A stretch of 64,000 bases of DNA from a virus: the IMG/VR virus record IMGVR_UViG_3300045119_000370, positions 32,001 through 96,000 of that record; one strand, written 5' to 3'. The position numbers were made by a program, and so were the translations under genes. The notes under the pieces were generated by a model. It made no database searches and had not been told where the DNA came from. It saw only the letters and a program-made list of their open reading frames with translations. Below, one piece after another: positions 54,229 through 63,684 of this stretch. Every line of letters starts with the position of its first letter. The first letter of the stretch is position 1.

Positions 54229-55328
54229 TGATCAAGCGACTTCGCCTCACTGACAATCCGCCTGTCACGGACGACGAGGACGCGGCAGGTGGATTGTACT
54301 TCGCCGCGCCCAAGAAGCGCGGCTTCATTCCGTCTGGCTGCAAGCTCTTGGATTTGGTTCTGGGAGGTGGCTGGGCGGAAGGCCGCATTGCCAACATCAT
54401 CGGCGACAAGTCCACCGGCAAGACTTTACTGTGTATCGAGGCCGTCGCCAACTTCGTCAAAAAGTACAAGAATCGTGGTCGCGTTTTTTATCGCGAGGTC
54501 GAGGCCGCCTTCGACGTGGACTATGCCGAGGCTTTGGGTATGCCGGTCAGGGGCATCGATTTCAGTCATAACTTAGATAAGCCGCTTGAGACGGTGGAAG
54601 ACCTGTTCGAGGACATGGATGCCGTCCTGACCGAGTTAGAGAACGCCAAGACCAAGTATCATAGTCTGTACATCGTGGACTCGCTCGACGCACTGACCGA
54701 CCGCGAGGAGCAGGCCCGCGCCATGGACAAGGGCAGCTACGGGGCCGACAAGTCCAAGAAGATGTCGCAGCTGTTCCGCCGGCTGGTGCGTCGCTTCGAA
54801 AACGCCAACATGACGGTCATCATCGTCAGTCAAGTGCGCAGCAAGATCGGTGTGACTTTCGGCGAGCGCACCACCCGGTCAGGCGGCCGCGCACTCGACT
54901 TCTATGGTTCGCAGTTCATCAAGCTGGCGCACTTGTCCGTACTCTACCAGACACGTGATAGCCAGCGTCGCGCCATCGGTGTGAGCATCCGCGCCAAGAG
55001 CACCAAGAACAAGATCGGCTTACCGTTCCGCGAGTGTGATTTTGACTTGCTCTTTGGCTATGGTATAGACGATCTCGATGCGTGCTTACGATGGTTGGAT
55101 GAGGCCAAGGGGTTGGGTCCGCTCGGTTACCATATCGTCAAGACCAAGAAGGGCGACAAGCGCGCCAATGGTGCCTACGGTTCATTGAACGAGGTCATCG
55201 ACGACATCTGGAAGCGGCCCAACGAGGAGTTCAAGAGCGAACTGGAACGCGTGCGCAAAGTCGTCGAGGCGCGATGGTGGGAGATCGAGAAGAGCCATCT
55301 GCCTACGCGGAGGAAATACGATGGCTAA
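54228..55328 (+). CDS. recA: RecA/UvsX recombinase
   Basis: IPSG..LLDLVLGGG, GDKSTGKT, IVDSL, SQVRSKIGVTFG, SGGRALDFY, KNK. Confidence 0.92.
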   Translation: MIKRLRLTDNPPVTDDEDAAGGLYFAAPKKRGFIPSGCKLLDLVLGGGWAEGRIANIIGDKSTGKTLLCIEAVANFVKKYKNRGRVFYREVEAAFDVDYAEALGMPVRGIDFSHNLDKPLETVEDLFEDMDAVLTELENAKTKYHSLYIVDSLDALTDREEQARAMDKGSYGADKSKKMSQLFRRLVRRFENANMTVIIVSQVRSKIGVTFGERTTRSGGRALDFYGSQFIKLAHLSVLYQTRDSQRRAIGVSIRAKSTKNKIGLPFRECDFDLLFGYGIDDLDACLRWLDEAKGLGPLGYHIVKTKKGDKRANGAYGSLNEVIDDIWKRPNEEFKSELERVRKVVEARWWEIEKSHLPTRRKYDG

Positions 55329-55668
55329 GGACGACGAGCGTGATGGGTTCTTGAATCGTGGCGAGTATCTCAAACAGGAAGGGATGCAGCGGGTCGACGA
55401 CAACGCCGACGAGGATTGGAAGTTGGAAGCCGACCGGGCTGTGTTGGCTGTCGCCGAGGAGAACCTCTATCTGACTTCTGACGATGTCATGGAGCGTATC
55501 GATCCAAGTGTACAAACGGGCGAACTAAGGGCGATGGGACCAGTAATGCTGCGTGCCGCCAAGGCAGGCTTGATAGTCAAGTCAGAGAAACCGGGGCGCA
55601 ACTCGAACCGGCCATCGTTGCACTCCTCTCCGCGCACGGTTTGGAAGAGTTTGGTGTACGTACCTTGA
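55321..55668 (+). CDS. Hypothetical (HTH-like) protein
   Basis: TSDDV...RAMGPVM..AAKAGLI...VWKS. Confidence 0.65.
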   Translation: MAKDDERDGFLNRGEYLKQEGMQRVDDNADEDWKLEADRAVLAVAEENLYLTSDDVMERIDPSVQTGELRAMGPVMLRAAKAGLIVKSEKPGRNSNRPSLHSSPRTVWKSLVYVP

Positions 55669-55683
55669 AAAGGAGAAGGTCCA

Positions 55684-56217
55684 ATGTCGGAAGTCACAGC
55701 CAGTTCAGGACTGAAGGTGAAGAGTCCCCGTTTCAAAGTCAAAGTGGGGCAGAAACATATCGACGAATCGCTTACTAAAAGCTCGTCGCACTGCATGACT
55801 GCCGAAGCGATCAAGGATGCCATACCGGAAGCACGCTACGTGTCGGTTGACATATCCACCGTCCGATTTACCGATATCAAGAAGGGTCTTCGCTACACTT
55901 ATCTGACCCCGAGGGTTTGTCAGATAGCAATCCTCGACTATGATCGTGGCGCGAAAATCTACCCGTTCGGATTTGAGTTGCGCACTGCGATGATCACTCA
56001 GAGTGCCGTCGGCTCGACGTGGGCCGCCAGTAAGGAGCGCAATCGCAATGCGCTGCGTAAACGGAATCTGCTCGGCGCGAAAAAGATGTCGGATGAAGCA
56101 AGCGAGGGCACCGGACGTATTCCTCATATTGTCGGTGGGAAGCCACCACCGCGCATGGGTACCCGACGTCAACACGGAATTAGAGCTTACGAGACATCCC
56201 TCCAAAGGCTGAAGTAA
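55684..56217 (+). CDS. Hypothetical protein
   Basis: SD AAAAGGAG; SSHCM.AEAI...VSVD..TVRFTD. Confidence 0.7.
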   Translation: MSEVTASSGLKVKSPRFKVKVGQKHIDESLTKSSSHCMTAEAIKDAIPEARYVSVDISTVRFTDIKKGLRYTYLTPRVCQIAILDYDRGAKIYPFGFELRTAMITQSAVGSTWAASKERNRNALRKRNLLGAKKMSDEASEGTGRIPHIVGGKPPPRMGTRRQHGIRAYETSLQRLK

Positions 56218-56741
56218 TGGCGGGTGGCCGGGCGTCCAAGGCCAAGGGCAGTGCGTTCGAGCGTGACGTCTGCGTAAAGCTCAGCCTGTGGATCAGCGAG
56301 GGCAAGAACAAGGACTTGTTCTGGCGCTCGGCCATGAGCGGCGGTCGAGCCAGTCGGGGATTGACGCGCGGTGACATCTTACGCCGGCAGGCCGGCGACA
56401 TCACCGCCGTCGCCCCGGAAGGGCACGTACTCACCGACCAGTTCTACATCGAACTGAAACACCTGAAGAACCTCGCGATGATGTCGTTCGTCGTGTCGAA
56501 CTCCGGGGCGTTGCAACGCGAGTGGGTGAAGACGATCAAGCAGGCGCATTGCTTCGGCCGCATTCCGATGATGATCGTCAAGCAGAACAACTACGCCACA
56601 CTGGTGCTGGTCGCCGGCAGTATGTACAGACCGCGTACCAATCCGCTCGTCAGTCGACGCATCCCGCTCGCCACCGTGCGCGGCGTCAATCTGTATCTGT
56701 TCGACGAGCTTTTGGAGGAGAGGTTCACAGTATGCCTATGA
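56217..56741 (+). CDS. Holliday junction resolvase (PD-(D/E)XK)
   Basis: SKAKGSAFER...FWRS..SGG...GDI...IELK. Confidence 0.8.
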   Translation: MAGGRASKAKGSAFERDVCVKLSLWISEGKNKDLFWRSAMSGGRASRGLTRGDILRRQAGDITAVAPEGHVLTDQFYIELKHLKNLAMMSFVVSNSGALQREWVKTIKQAHCFGRIPMMIVKQNNYATLVLVAGSMYRPRTNPLVSRRIPLATVRGVNLYLFDELLEERFTVCL

Positions 56742-57076
56742 AGCCAATTATGAAGCCGGAAGAGTACCCGACGGCGCACAACATCGAGGCTGGCAACGTT
56801 TACGCGGCGCTCAACTATCTGCGCGAGGTCGGTCGCCAGATGACCGTCAGTGCGAATCTCGGCCGGACGTCGGGCGAGGGCGAGGCGGCCGAGATGACCG
56901 TCAAGGCGGTCGAGGTGGTGGCGCATGCGATTGAGGTAATCCTCGACGATCTGGTCGAGAGTGCAGAAGGCATGCGCGATAAGTTCGAGACCATCCTGAA
57001 GCCGGCCATCGACGTGCGTGCGCCCTACGCCAAGGTGATGGTGAGCAAACTGGTCAAAGCAGCACTGGGCAAATGA
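56732..57076 (+). CDS. Hypothetical protein
   Basis: SD GGAGGAG; operonic. Confidence 0.6.
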   Translation: MPMKPIMKPEEYPTAHNIEAGNVYAALNYLREVGRQMTVSANLGRTSGEGEAAEMTVKAVEVVAHAIEVILDDLVESAEGMRDKFETILKPAIDVRAPYAKVMVSKLVKAALGK

Positions 57077-57471
57077 CCTACGCTGTTCGTACCAAGGTAC
57101 CGGTCACCAAGAGCAAGACTGAGATCGAGGCGACGCTCGCCAAGCATGGGGCGAAGAGGTTCGCTTACTACATCGAGCCGAACCGTGCATCGGTGGTGTT
57201 CGAGGCTTCCGACCGGCGGATCAGGTTTGACTTGCCTCTCCCAGAGGGCGAGCAGAAGCAGCGCGAGCGCTGGCGTGCACTGCTCCTGTGCATCAAGGCC
57301 AAGCTGGAAAGTGTGGAAGCCAAGATCGAGACGTTCGAGGAGGCTTTCTTAGCGCACGTGGTAATGCCTGACGGCTCGACGGTCAGCGAAGGTCTCATCC
57401 CGCAGATCAGGATCGCGTACAAGGACGGCACCATGCCGACGCTCCTGCCGCCGCCGAGGAAGGGTCCGTGA
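57073..57471 (+). CDS. Conserved phage hypothetical protein
   Basis: YA..T.V...S..EIE..L...RWRALLL.IKAKLE...FEEAFLAH. Confidence 0.75.
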   Translation: MTYAVRTKVPVTKSKTEIEATLAKHGAKRFAYYIEPNRASVVFEASDRRIRFDLPLPEGEQKQRERWRALLLCIKAKLESVEAKIETFEEAFLAHVVMPDGSTVSEGLIPQIRIAYKDGTMPTLLPPPRKGP

Positions 57472-57695
57472 GACGACGACACTATCCGCAGTTGGTCAAT
57501 GCTTACTCGTTGGTCGACCCGATGAGTGTCATGCGTTCAGTCGCGACCGAGGTCTATTTATTCCCCAATAGAAAAGTATGGGTGCCGGCTAGAGGGTTGG
57601 GCTTCCAATCAGTGTTCCATGCCGGCAAGCTGGCGTGGGGCGTGTTCCGGGGCCGCTACGACGCACTGGTGTGGCCGGGACAGGGCGACATATGA
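57468..57695 (+). CDS. Hypothetical protein
   Basis: WVPAR.LG...KLAW.VF.G..DAL.WPGQ. Confidence 0.6.
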   Translation: MRRRHYPQLVNAYSLVDPMSVMRSVATEVYLFPNRKVWVPARGLGFQSVFHAGKLAWGVFRGRYDALVWPGQGDI

Positions 57696-57997
57696 CCGTC
57701 ATCGCTTGGTTGACTGGGTCGGCACTGACACCCGAGATCATGCGCCAGATGCAAGAGTCGGCACGCGCGCCGTTCAACTGCGGCTACTCGCTCGGTCTCC
57801 AGTATCCATGGGTGTACGGTCGACCCGGCGGTTTCTGGGAGGTGTGGTGCAAATACTGCAACGTGCTGCACTCGGTCCATGAGCACGACAACGATGTGTT
57901 GGCGCGCTTCGCTGCCATGGATGCATGCCACCAAGCCAACGGTCTGAGCCAGTACCCGACGCAGGACGTCATCAACGCAATGGACACGACACCATGA
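57692..57997 (+). CDS. Hypothetical protein
   Basis: ATGA coupling on both sides. Confidence 0.55.
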   Translation: MTVIAWLTGSALTPEIMRQMQESARAPFNCGYSLGLQYPWVYGRPGGFWEVWCKYCNVLHSVHEHDNDVLARFAAMDACHQANGLSQYPTQDVINAMDTTP

Positions 57998-58989
57998 CCG
58001 TGATCGTTACGGCCGACCTACACTGGAATGACAATCCGCGCGACGCCTACCGGCATCAGTATGTCGAGTGGCTGGAAGGGTGCCTGAAGAAGCACAAGGC
58101 GGAAGCACTGTTCATTCTCGGTGATCTCACCGACGCCAAGGACGAGCACCGCAGTTGGTTGGTCAATCAGGTGGTCGCGCATTTAACCAGATGGGCGCGC
58201 CTTTGCCCGGTCATCATCATCCGGGGCAACCATGATTTTCTCAGCCCGGACTGGCCGTTTTTCGGCTTCGTCGACAAGCTGCACAACGTCCATTGGGTCA
58301 ATTGGCCAATGAACTACGATGAGATCGCGCTCAAGATGGAATTGAGCATCGGTCGCTTCGTCATGCTGCCACACACCAGCGACTACAAGAAGGAGTGGGC
58401 CGAGTTCGATTTTGGTAAGTATGAGTGGGTGTTCACGCACAACACGTTCACCGGTTCCGACTATGGTCAGGGACCGCTGGCCAAGGGCATCCCGCCCGAT
58501 GTGTTCCCGGACTCGTGCGTGGTCCTGTCCGGCGACGTGCACATCCCACAACACGTTAAGCCGGTGACCTATGTGGGTGCACCGTATCTCATCGACTTCG
58601 GCGACGACTACGACCCGCGTGTCATGCTGATCGGCAGGGGCAGTGTCAAATCGATCTTGGTCGACGGCCCGCAGAAGCGTCTGGTCGAGATCAAGAGCCT
58701 CGCCGATCTGAAGAAGGTCAAGCTCGCAGGCGGCGACATGGTCAAGGTGCGGCTCAACCTTGCGACAGAAGATCGCAGCAAGTGGCCCGAGATGCAGACG
58801 GCGATCAAGCAGTGGGCCGAGAAGCAGGGGCTTGTGCTATCGTCAAGCCAGCCGATGGTCGCGCGTGAGCCGGGGCTGAAACGAGTGCGTATATATGATG
58901 ACAAGTTGCTGGTAAGGGATTATGTAAAGAGTCGTGGGGCCGACGCCGCTACCGAGAAGACCGGTTTACGTTTGATGGAGAAGGCATGA
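57994..58989 (+). CDS. SbcD/Mre11-like metallophosphoesterase nuclease
   Basis: ADLH, LGDL, GNHD, SGDVH, YVGAP. Confidence 0.9.
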   Translation: MTVIVTADLHWNDNPRDAYRHQYVEWLEGCLKKHKAEALFILGDLTDAKDEHRSWLVNQVVAHLTRWARLCPVIIIRGNHDFLSPDWPFFGFVDKLHNVHWVNWPMNYDEIALKMELSIGRFVMLPHTSDYKKEWAEFDFGKYEWVFTHNTFTGSDYGQGPLAKGIPPDVFPDSCVVLSGDVHIPQHVKPVTYVGAPYLIDFGDDYDPRVMLIGRGSVKSILVDGPQKRLVEIKSLADLKKVKLAGGDMVKVRLNLATEDRSKWPEMQTAIKQWAEKQGLVLSSSQPMVAREPGLKRVRIYDDKLLVRDYVKSRGADAATEKTGLRLMEKA

Positions 58990-59344
58990 GCCATGACGTA
59001 CAAACCCAAACCAGACGACTCCATCATCGACTATCCGGGCATAGGAAAATTCATGGAGGGGTTAGCCGACATGCTCGAAGATATGCTCAGAATTACGGGC
59101 AAGAGCGATAAGAAATTGGTTTGGCTCATTGCTCAGGCGCGTCAGGAGGCGGCCGATCTGCCCGCTCATATCAAGCGAGTGCACGAGATTCGCTTCCAAA
59201 GGAAAATGACCGGCGATCCAGAAATCACCATGGAAGAGGTATGCGGCGAGGTGTTGACCGAAAAAACACTGACCGAGTTATGTGAGGCGCTTACGGAGCG
59301 TTTGAACGCGATGGTGAGGGAAAGCAAACTGGAGAAGGCATGAG
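58976..59344. repeat. 15-bp direct repeat TGGAGAAGGCATGAG flanking one gene
   Basis: Copies at 58976-58990 and 59330-59344. Confidence 0.75.
58993..59343 (+). CDS. Hypothetical protein (AT-richer codons)
   Basis: Inserted between sbcD and sbcC. Confidence 0.6.
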   Translation: MTYKPKPDDSIIDYPGIGKFMEGLADMLEDMLRITGKSDKKLVWLIAQARQEAADLPAHIKRVHEIRFQRKMTGDPEITMEEVCGEVLTEKTLTELCEALTERLNAMVRESKLEKA

Positions 59345-59630
59345 TGACGGGGCAGGGGATGATAGCAAGAGCCAATTTCGCAAATCTATTGAAACTGCCA
59401 TCAACTCTCATTCGATGGAGAACGGCAGCGACACACCGGATTACATTCTGGCCGAATATCTGGTCGGTTGTTTGGAGGCGTTCGACCGGGCAGTGACCAA
59501 GCGCACTGCATGGTATGACAAGGACGAGACGGACTTGCGTCGGATAGAGGAGGTGGCGGGTCGAATGCGAATGCCTCCTCCTACTTTCGTGGACCGGAAC
59601 AAGTTGTCTGAGAACGACGACTCCGAATGA
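59340..59630 (+). CDS. Conserved phage hypothetical protein
   Basis: INSHSMENGSDTPDYILAEYL..CL. Confidence 0.7.
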   Translation: MSDGAGDDSKSQFRKSIETAINSHSMENGSDTPDYILAEYLVGCLEAFDRAVTKRTAWYDKDETDLRRIEEVAGRMRMPPPTFVDRNKLSENDDSE

Positions 59631-61486
59631 AGCTGTCGTTCCTCCATATATTCGTCGACGACTTCAAGAGTTTCGCCGGCAAGCACCAGCTGCCGTTCGA
59701 CGCCTTTCGGCCGGGCTTGCACTTCGTTGGCGGCAACAACAAGGTCGAGCCACGGCTCGGTGCCAACGGTGCCGGCAAGAGTGCACTGATGGTCGACGCG
59801 ATTACGTGGTGCCTGTTCGGCCGCACGCCGAGTGCGCTACGTAACCCCGACATCAAGCCATGGCAGAAGGGTGGCAAGACCAGTGTGGCGCTGCTCGTCG
59901 ACATCGACGGCGAGCGCATGACGTTCATGCGCACGGCATCGCCTAACGCGTTCACGGTCGATGGCAAGGCGGCTTCCGACGAAGCGTTCGCGGAGTTGAC
60001 CGGCCTCAACTATGACCTGTTCTGCAACACCATCGTGCTCGGTCAGGGTCAGCCGCTGTTCTTCGACCTGCCACCGCGTGGCAAGATGCAGCTGTTCGTC
60101 GACGTGCTGCAACTCGACAAGTGGGACGCCCGCTCGGAGTCCGCCAACACCCGGGTCCGTGAGATCGAGCGCGAGCACGCACAAGCCGATGGTGAACTGA
60201 TGGGGCTGGCCGGGCAGCGCCGGCAGACCGACGACCTCTTGAAGACCGCGACCATGCAGGCGGCCGAGTGGGACGCGCTCCAGAAGAAGTGGCTGGTCGA
60301 GGCCGAGACTGGTCTCGTCGAGGCGACCAAGCGTCACGCCAGTGTCAAGGCCAAGGCGGATAAGGCCGACCTCGCCGCCGAAAGCGCCGGCCTCGATCTG
60401 AAGCACCTTCGCGAGGAGATCGACAAACACAATCTGGTCATCGCCAACACCCGCGCCGAGATGGCCAAGCTGCAAGAGCGACGGCGCGGTCTGGACGCGG
60501 CCGCCAGCCAACTGGAAAAGGAACTGACTGCGTTCGGTGACACTGACACCTGTCCGATCTGTGGCGAGACGATTCGTGAGGGTTCGAAGATCGACAAGCA
60601 CAAACGGGAAATGAGGAAGCGCATCGACAAAATCGACGACGACATCGACGCCATCGATCTGGCCCCGTTCGAGAAGAAGATTGCCACTGCGCATACCGCC
60701 AAGGAGAAGCTGCGCGCCGATCTGGAAAAGCGCGAGCAGCGTATGCATGCCGCCGAGGCCGAGCAGAAGCTGTACGCGCCGATGGTTGCCGCCGAGGCCG
60801 CCCGTATCACCACCTGCGAGCGCGACATCGCCCGCTTGACGCGGGAGACCAACCCACATCAGGAGCAGGTCAGCAAGCTGACCCGCGAGCGCACCAAGCT
60901 GATCGACCGCGACAAGGAACTGCGCGAGGAGTTGGAGCTTCTCGCCCGCGCCATCGAGCGCAACAAGTTCTGGGTGAAGGGCTTCAAGGACATCCGGCTC
61001 TTGGTAATCGAGGAGGTGTTGCAGGAACTCGAACTGACGTGTAACGCCATGCTCGCCGAGGTCGGCCTCGTCGATTGGCGGATCAGCTACGCCATCGAGC
61101 GCGAGACCAAGGCCGGGACCACCTCGCGCGGACTTAATGTCAGCATCCTTTCCCCGAAGTCACGCGATGCGGTAAAATGGGAATCGTGGTCGGGGGGCGA
61201 AGGTCAGCGCCTGCGAATGGTTGGTGCATTGGCACTGTCCGAGGTGCTCCTCGACCATGCCGGCATCCAGCCCGACTTCGAAGTCCTTGACGAGCCGACC
61301 CGACATCTGTCGGCGGAAGGCGTGCGTGACCTGTGTGATTTTCTGGCAGTGCGCGCAGAGCAGTTAGAACGGCGCACGATGTACATCGACCATATGGCAG
61401 TTGAAAGTGCGCAGTTCGCCTCGACTACAACAATTGAAAAAGATGCTGACGGATCGCATATTCTCCGCACGGCCCGGTCAGCCTAG
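59627..61486 (+). CDS. SbcC/Rad50-like ATPase
   Basis: FKSF, NGAGKS, Q-loop LGQG, Zn hook CPIC, coiled coils, SGGE, LDEP. Confidence 0.92.
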   Translation: MKLSFLHIFVDDFKSFAGKHQLPFDAFRPGLHFVGGNNKVEPRLGANGAGKSALMVDAITWCLFGRTPSALRNPDIKPWQKGGKTSVALLVDIDGERMTFMRTASPNAFTVDGKAASDEAFAELTGLNYDLFCNTIVLGQGQPLFFDLPPRGKMQLFVDVLQLDKWDARSESANTRVREIEREHAQADGELMGLAGQRRQTDDLLKTATMQAAEWDALQKKWLVEAETGLVEATKRHASVKAKADKADLAAESAGLDLKHLREEIDKHNLVIANTRAEMAKLQERRRGLDAAASQLEKELTAFGDTDTCPICGETIREGSKIDKHKREMRKRIDKIDDDIDAIDLAPFEKKIATAHTAKEKLRADLEKREQRMHAAEAEQKLYAPMVAAEAARITTCERDIARLTRETNPHQEQVSKLTRERTKLIDRDKELREELELLARAIERNKFWVKGFKDIRLLVIEEVLQELELTCNAMLAEVGLVDWRISYAIERETKAGTTSRGLNVSILSPKSRDAVKWESWSGGEGQRLRMVGALALSEVLLDHAGIQPDFEVLDEPTRHLSAEGVRDLCDFLAVRAEQLERRTMYIDHMAVESAQFASTTTIEKDADGSHILRTARSA

Positions 61487-61715
61487 TTGGTTCGCCACCT
61501 TTGCGGCGACCGCGATAGCGGTGACACTTGGCCTTGTTATCTGGGCGTTGATTCAGACGTATGTCGGGGATCGCGGCGTCCCGATCCCGCGACCACGACC
61601 AGATCACGTGTCGTCGATCCAGCCGTTGAAACTGAGAGTCAAGACGATCCCGATTGGTCCCGACCCGTTGGCCGAGCCTGATCCGCTCAAGCCGTTTAGT
61701 GGGGGTAAGCCATGA
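61443..61715 (+). CDS. Single-TM protein with Pro-rich tail
   Basis: Hydrophobic segment; start uncertain; stop overlaps the MTase start. Confidence 0.45.
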   Translation: MLTDRIFSARPGQPSWFATFAATAIAVTLGLVIWALIQTYVGDRGVPIPRPRPDHVSSIQPLKLRVKTIPIGPDPLAEPDPLKPFSGGKP

Positions 61716-62875
61716 GCACAGTCACGATCCACCATGGCGATTGCCACAAGGTGCTGGCCCGGCTCGCCGACAACAGCGTGCACTGTGTGGTCACCAGCCC
61801 GCCTTACTACGGCGTCCGCGATTATCAGGTGACGCCGAGCACGTGGTCGGACGGTTGGACCGGTGCACTTGGTCTCGAACCGACTATCGAGATGTACGTC
61901 GACCACATGGTGCAGGTCTTCCGCGAGGTCCGCCGCGTCCTCAGAAAGGACGGCACACTGTGGCTCAACATGGGCGACGGTTACGTCAGTGCACCGCCCG
62001 GCAACAAGGGCAAGTACAATCCCGAGACCGACCGGGACGGGGCTTATAGCCGGCGTGGCAATCGCCAGCTGGGCCACGGCGAGGACATGGACGCGATCTA
62101 CATCAAGAGCAAGCAGTCAGGTCTCAAGCAAAAAGACCTGATCGGCATGCCATGGCGCTTAGCCCTCGCCTTGCAGAAAGACGGCTGGTACCTCAGACAG
62201 GACATCGTCTGGCAGAAGCCCAACCCGCTGCCCGAGAGCGCCACCGACCGGTGCACCCGGGCGCACGAGTATCTGTTCATGCTGTCGAAGGCGTCGCGCT
62301 ACTACTACGACGCCGAGGCCATCGCCGAGCCAGTCATGCCGACACAGGTGGTCCGCATCACCGCCGGCAACGGCGACACCGAGCGCAGCCTGCCCAATTA
62401 CGCGCGCAGCAAGCCACTGCATGGTGACGGCTTCGTCAACACGTTTGTGCCCGAGCCACCCAAGCAGGCATACGCTTCGAACTCGCCGCGTACTGATCGC
62501 TGGGGCAGGCTGCTGCCGACAATCGAGCAGGCAAACGGTTCGCAGGCATGGGAAGGCTGGACGCGCAACAAGCGCAGTGTCTGGACGATCCCGGTGCAGC
62601 CGTTCCCCGGCTCGCACTTTGCAGTGTTCCCGCCGGCATTGGTTCGGCCCGCCATTCTTGCCGGCTGTCCACAGCGTGGCATCGTCCTCGATCCGTTCGC
62701 CGGTTCAGGTACGGTCGCCGCCGAAGCCAGCCTCTTGGATCGCGACTCGATCCTGATCGAACTCAGCCCGGAGTATGTCGACATGATCACTGGACGGCTT
62801 GCCCAGCTGGGCTTCCTCGCGCCCAAGATCGAGATGGTCAGGGGTTCAGTGCCGAGATTACGACTTGCCATTTGA
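61712..62875 (+). CDS. N6A/N4C DNA methyltransferase (beta class)
   Basis: VTSPPY, WQKPNPLPES, HFAVFP, VLDPFAGSGT. Confidence 0.92.
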   Translation: MSTVTIHHGDCHKVLARLADNSVHCVVTSPPYYGVRDYQVTPSTWSDGWTGALGLEPTIEMYVDHMVQVFREVRRVLRKDGTLWLNMGDGYVSAPPGNKGKYNPETDRDGAYSRRGNRQLGHGEDMDAIYIKSKQSGLKQKDLIGMPWRLALALQKDGWYLRQDIVWQKPNPLPESATDRCTRAHEYLFMLSKASRYYYDAEAIAEPVMPTQVVRITAGNGDTERSLPNYARSKPLHGDGFVNTFVPEPPKQAYASNSPRTDRWGRLLPTIEQANGSQAWEGWTRNKRSVWTIPVQPFPGSHFAVFPPALVRPAILAGCPQRGIVLDPFAGSGTVAAEASLLDRDSILIELSPEYVDMITGRLAQLGFLAPKIEMVRGSVPRLRLAI

Positions 62876-63018
62876 TCAAATCATGATACACAAACAAAGT
62901 CGCGCCAGTCCGCCGCACCGAACGAGCGCGACTGAGTGGAAGGGTGAGGCCCGACAGCGTACAGTATCGCGTAAGGGCGCGCTGTCGGCCTCGCTCTCTC
63001 CCTAAAGGACCAAGATCA

Positions 63019-63252
63019 ATGGTCGCTCCCAATAATGAAGCCAAAGCACGGGAACTGGGCGGCGAGCGGTTGGTGCGTTTCTTCGATCTGGTCCAGCAGG
63101 AGCAGCGCAAGCGGTGGAACGTCCCGCCATGGCGCGAGCAGAAGCTCATCGACGCCGATCTGGTTAACTGGAAAGACGTCAGCCGCGCACTGGAACTCTT
63201 GGAAGAGAGCACTGCCCGTTGGCCATGGCGACGACATGACCGACCTCGCTAA
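63019..63252 (+). CDS. Hypothetical protein
   Basis: SD AAAGGA. Confidence 0.5.
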   Translation: MVAPNNEAKARELGGERLVRFFDLVQQEQRKRWNVPPWREQKLIDADLVNWKDVSRALELLEESTARWPWRRHDRPR

Positions 63253-63436
63253 GATCAAGGACGTCACGCTGACCGTCGACCCCGACGGCGAACTCTTGGC
63301 TCACCGCACTGATTGCCCGATGGTCCAGCTGCATCGCATGCAGGGTCGTTACATTGCAACACTGTTCGGCATGGAGGTGCCGCTCAAGCCGGACACCAAA
63401 GATGTCAGGTTGCACGAATGCCTCACGAAACCATGA
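63236..63436 (+). CDS. Hypothetical protein
   Basis: Operonic. Confidence 0.5.
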   Translation: MTDLAKIKDVTLTVDPDGELLAHRTDCPMVQLHRMQGRYIATLFGMEVPLKPDTKDVRLHECLTKP

Positions 63437-63684
63437 ACTGCCCGAAGTGTGGTACCGAGTGCATGCGTGAAGACGTCGACATCGGTGTCGGCATCCTCTA
63501 CGGCCCATGGGGTTGTCCCGGTTGTGGCTGGTCGGAAGACAGCGAGTATGACCTGACCATTCAGAACCCGGTCGACGCCAAGGGCGGCGCAATCGATCAG
63601 TATGGCGGCTATCACCCACCCGGTTCGAGTATGGCCCTCGCCTACCGCTTGGCCGAGGCGCAGAAGGTGGACGAGGACAAATGA
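63433..63684 (+). CDS. Zn-ribbon protein
   Basis: CPKC...VDIGVG...GPWGCPGCGWSE. Confidence 0.65.
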   Translation: MNCPKCGTECMREDVDIGVGILYGPWGCPGCGWSEDSEYDLTIQNPVDAKGGAIDQYGGYHPPGSSMALAYRLAEAQKVDEDK

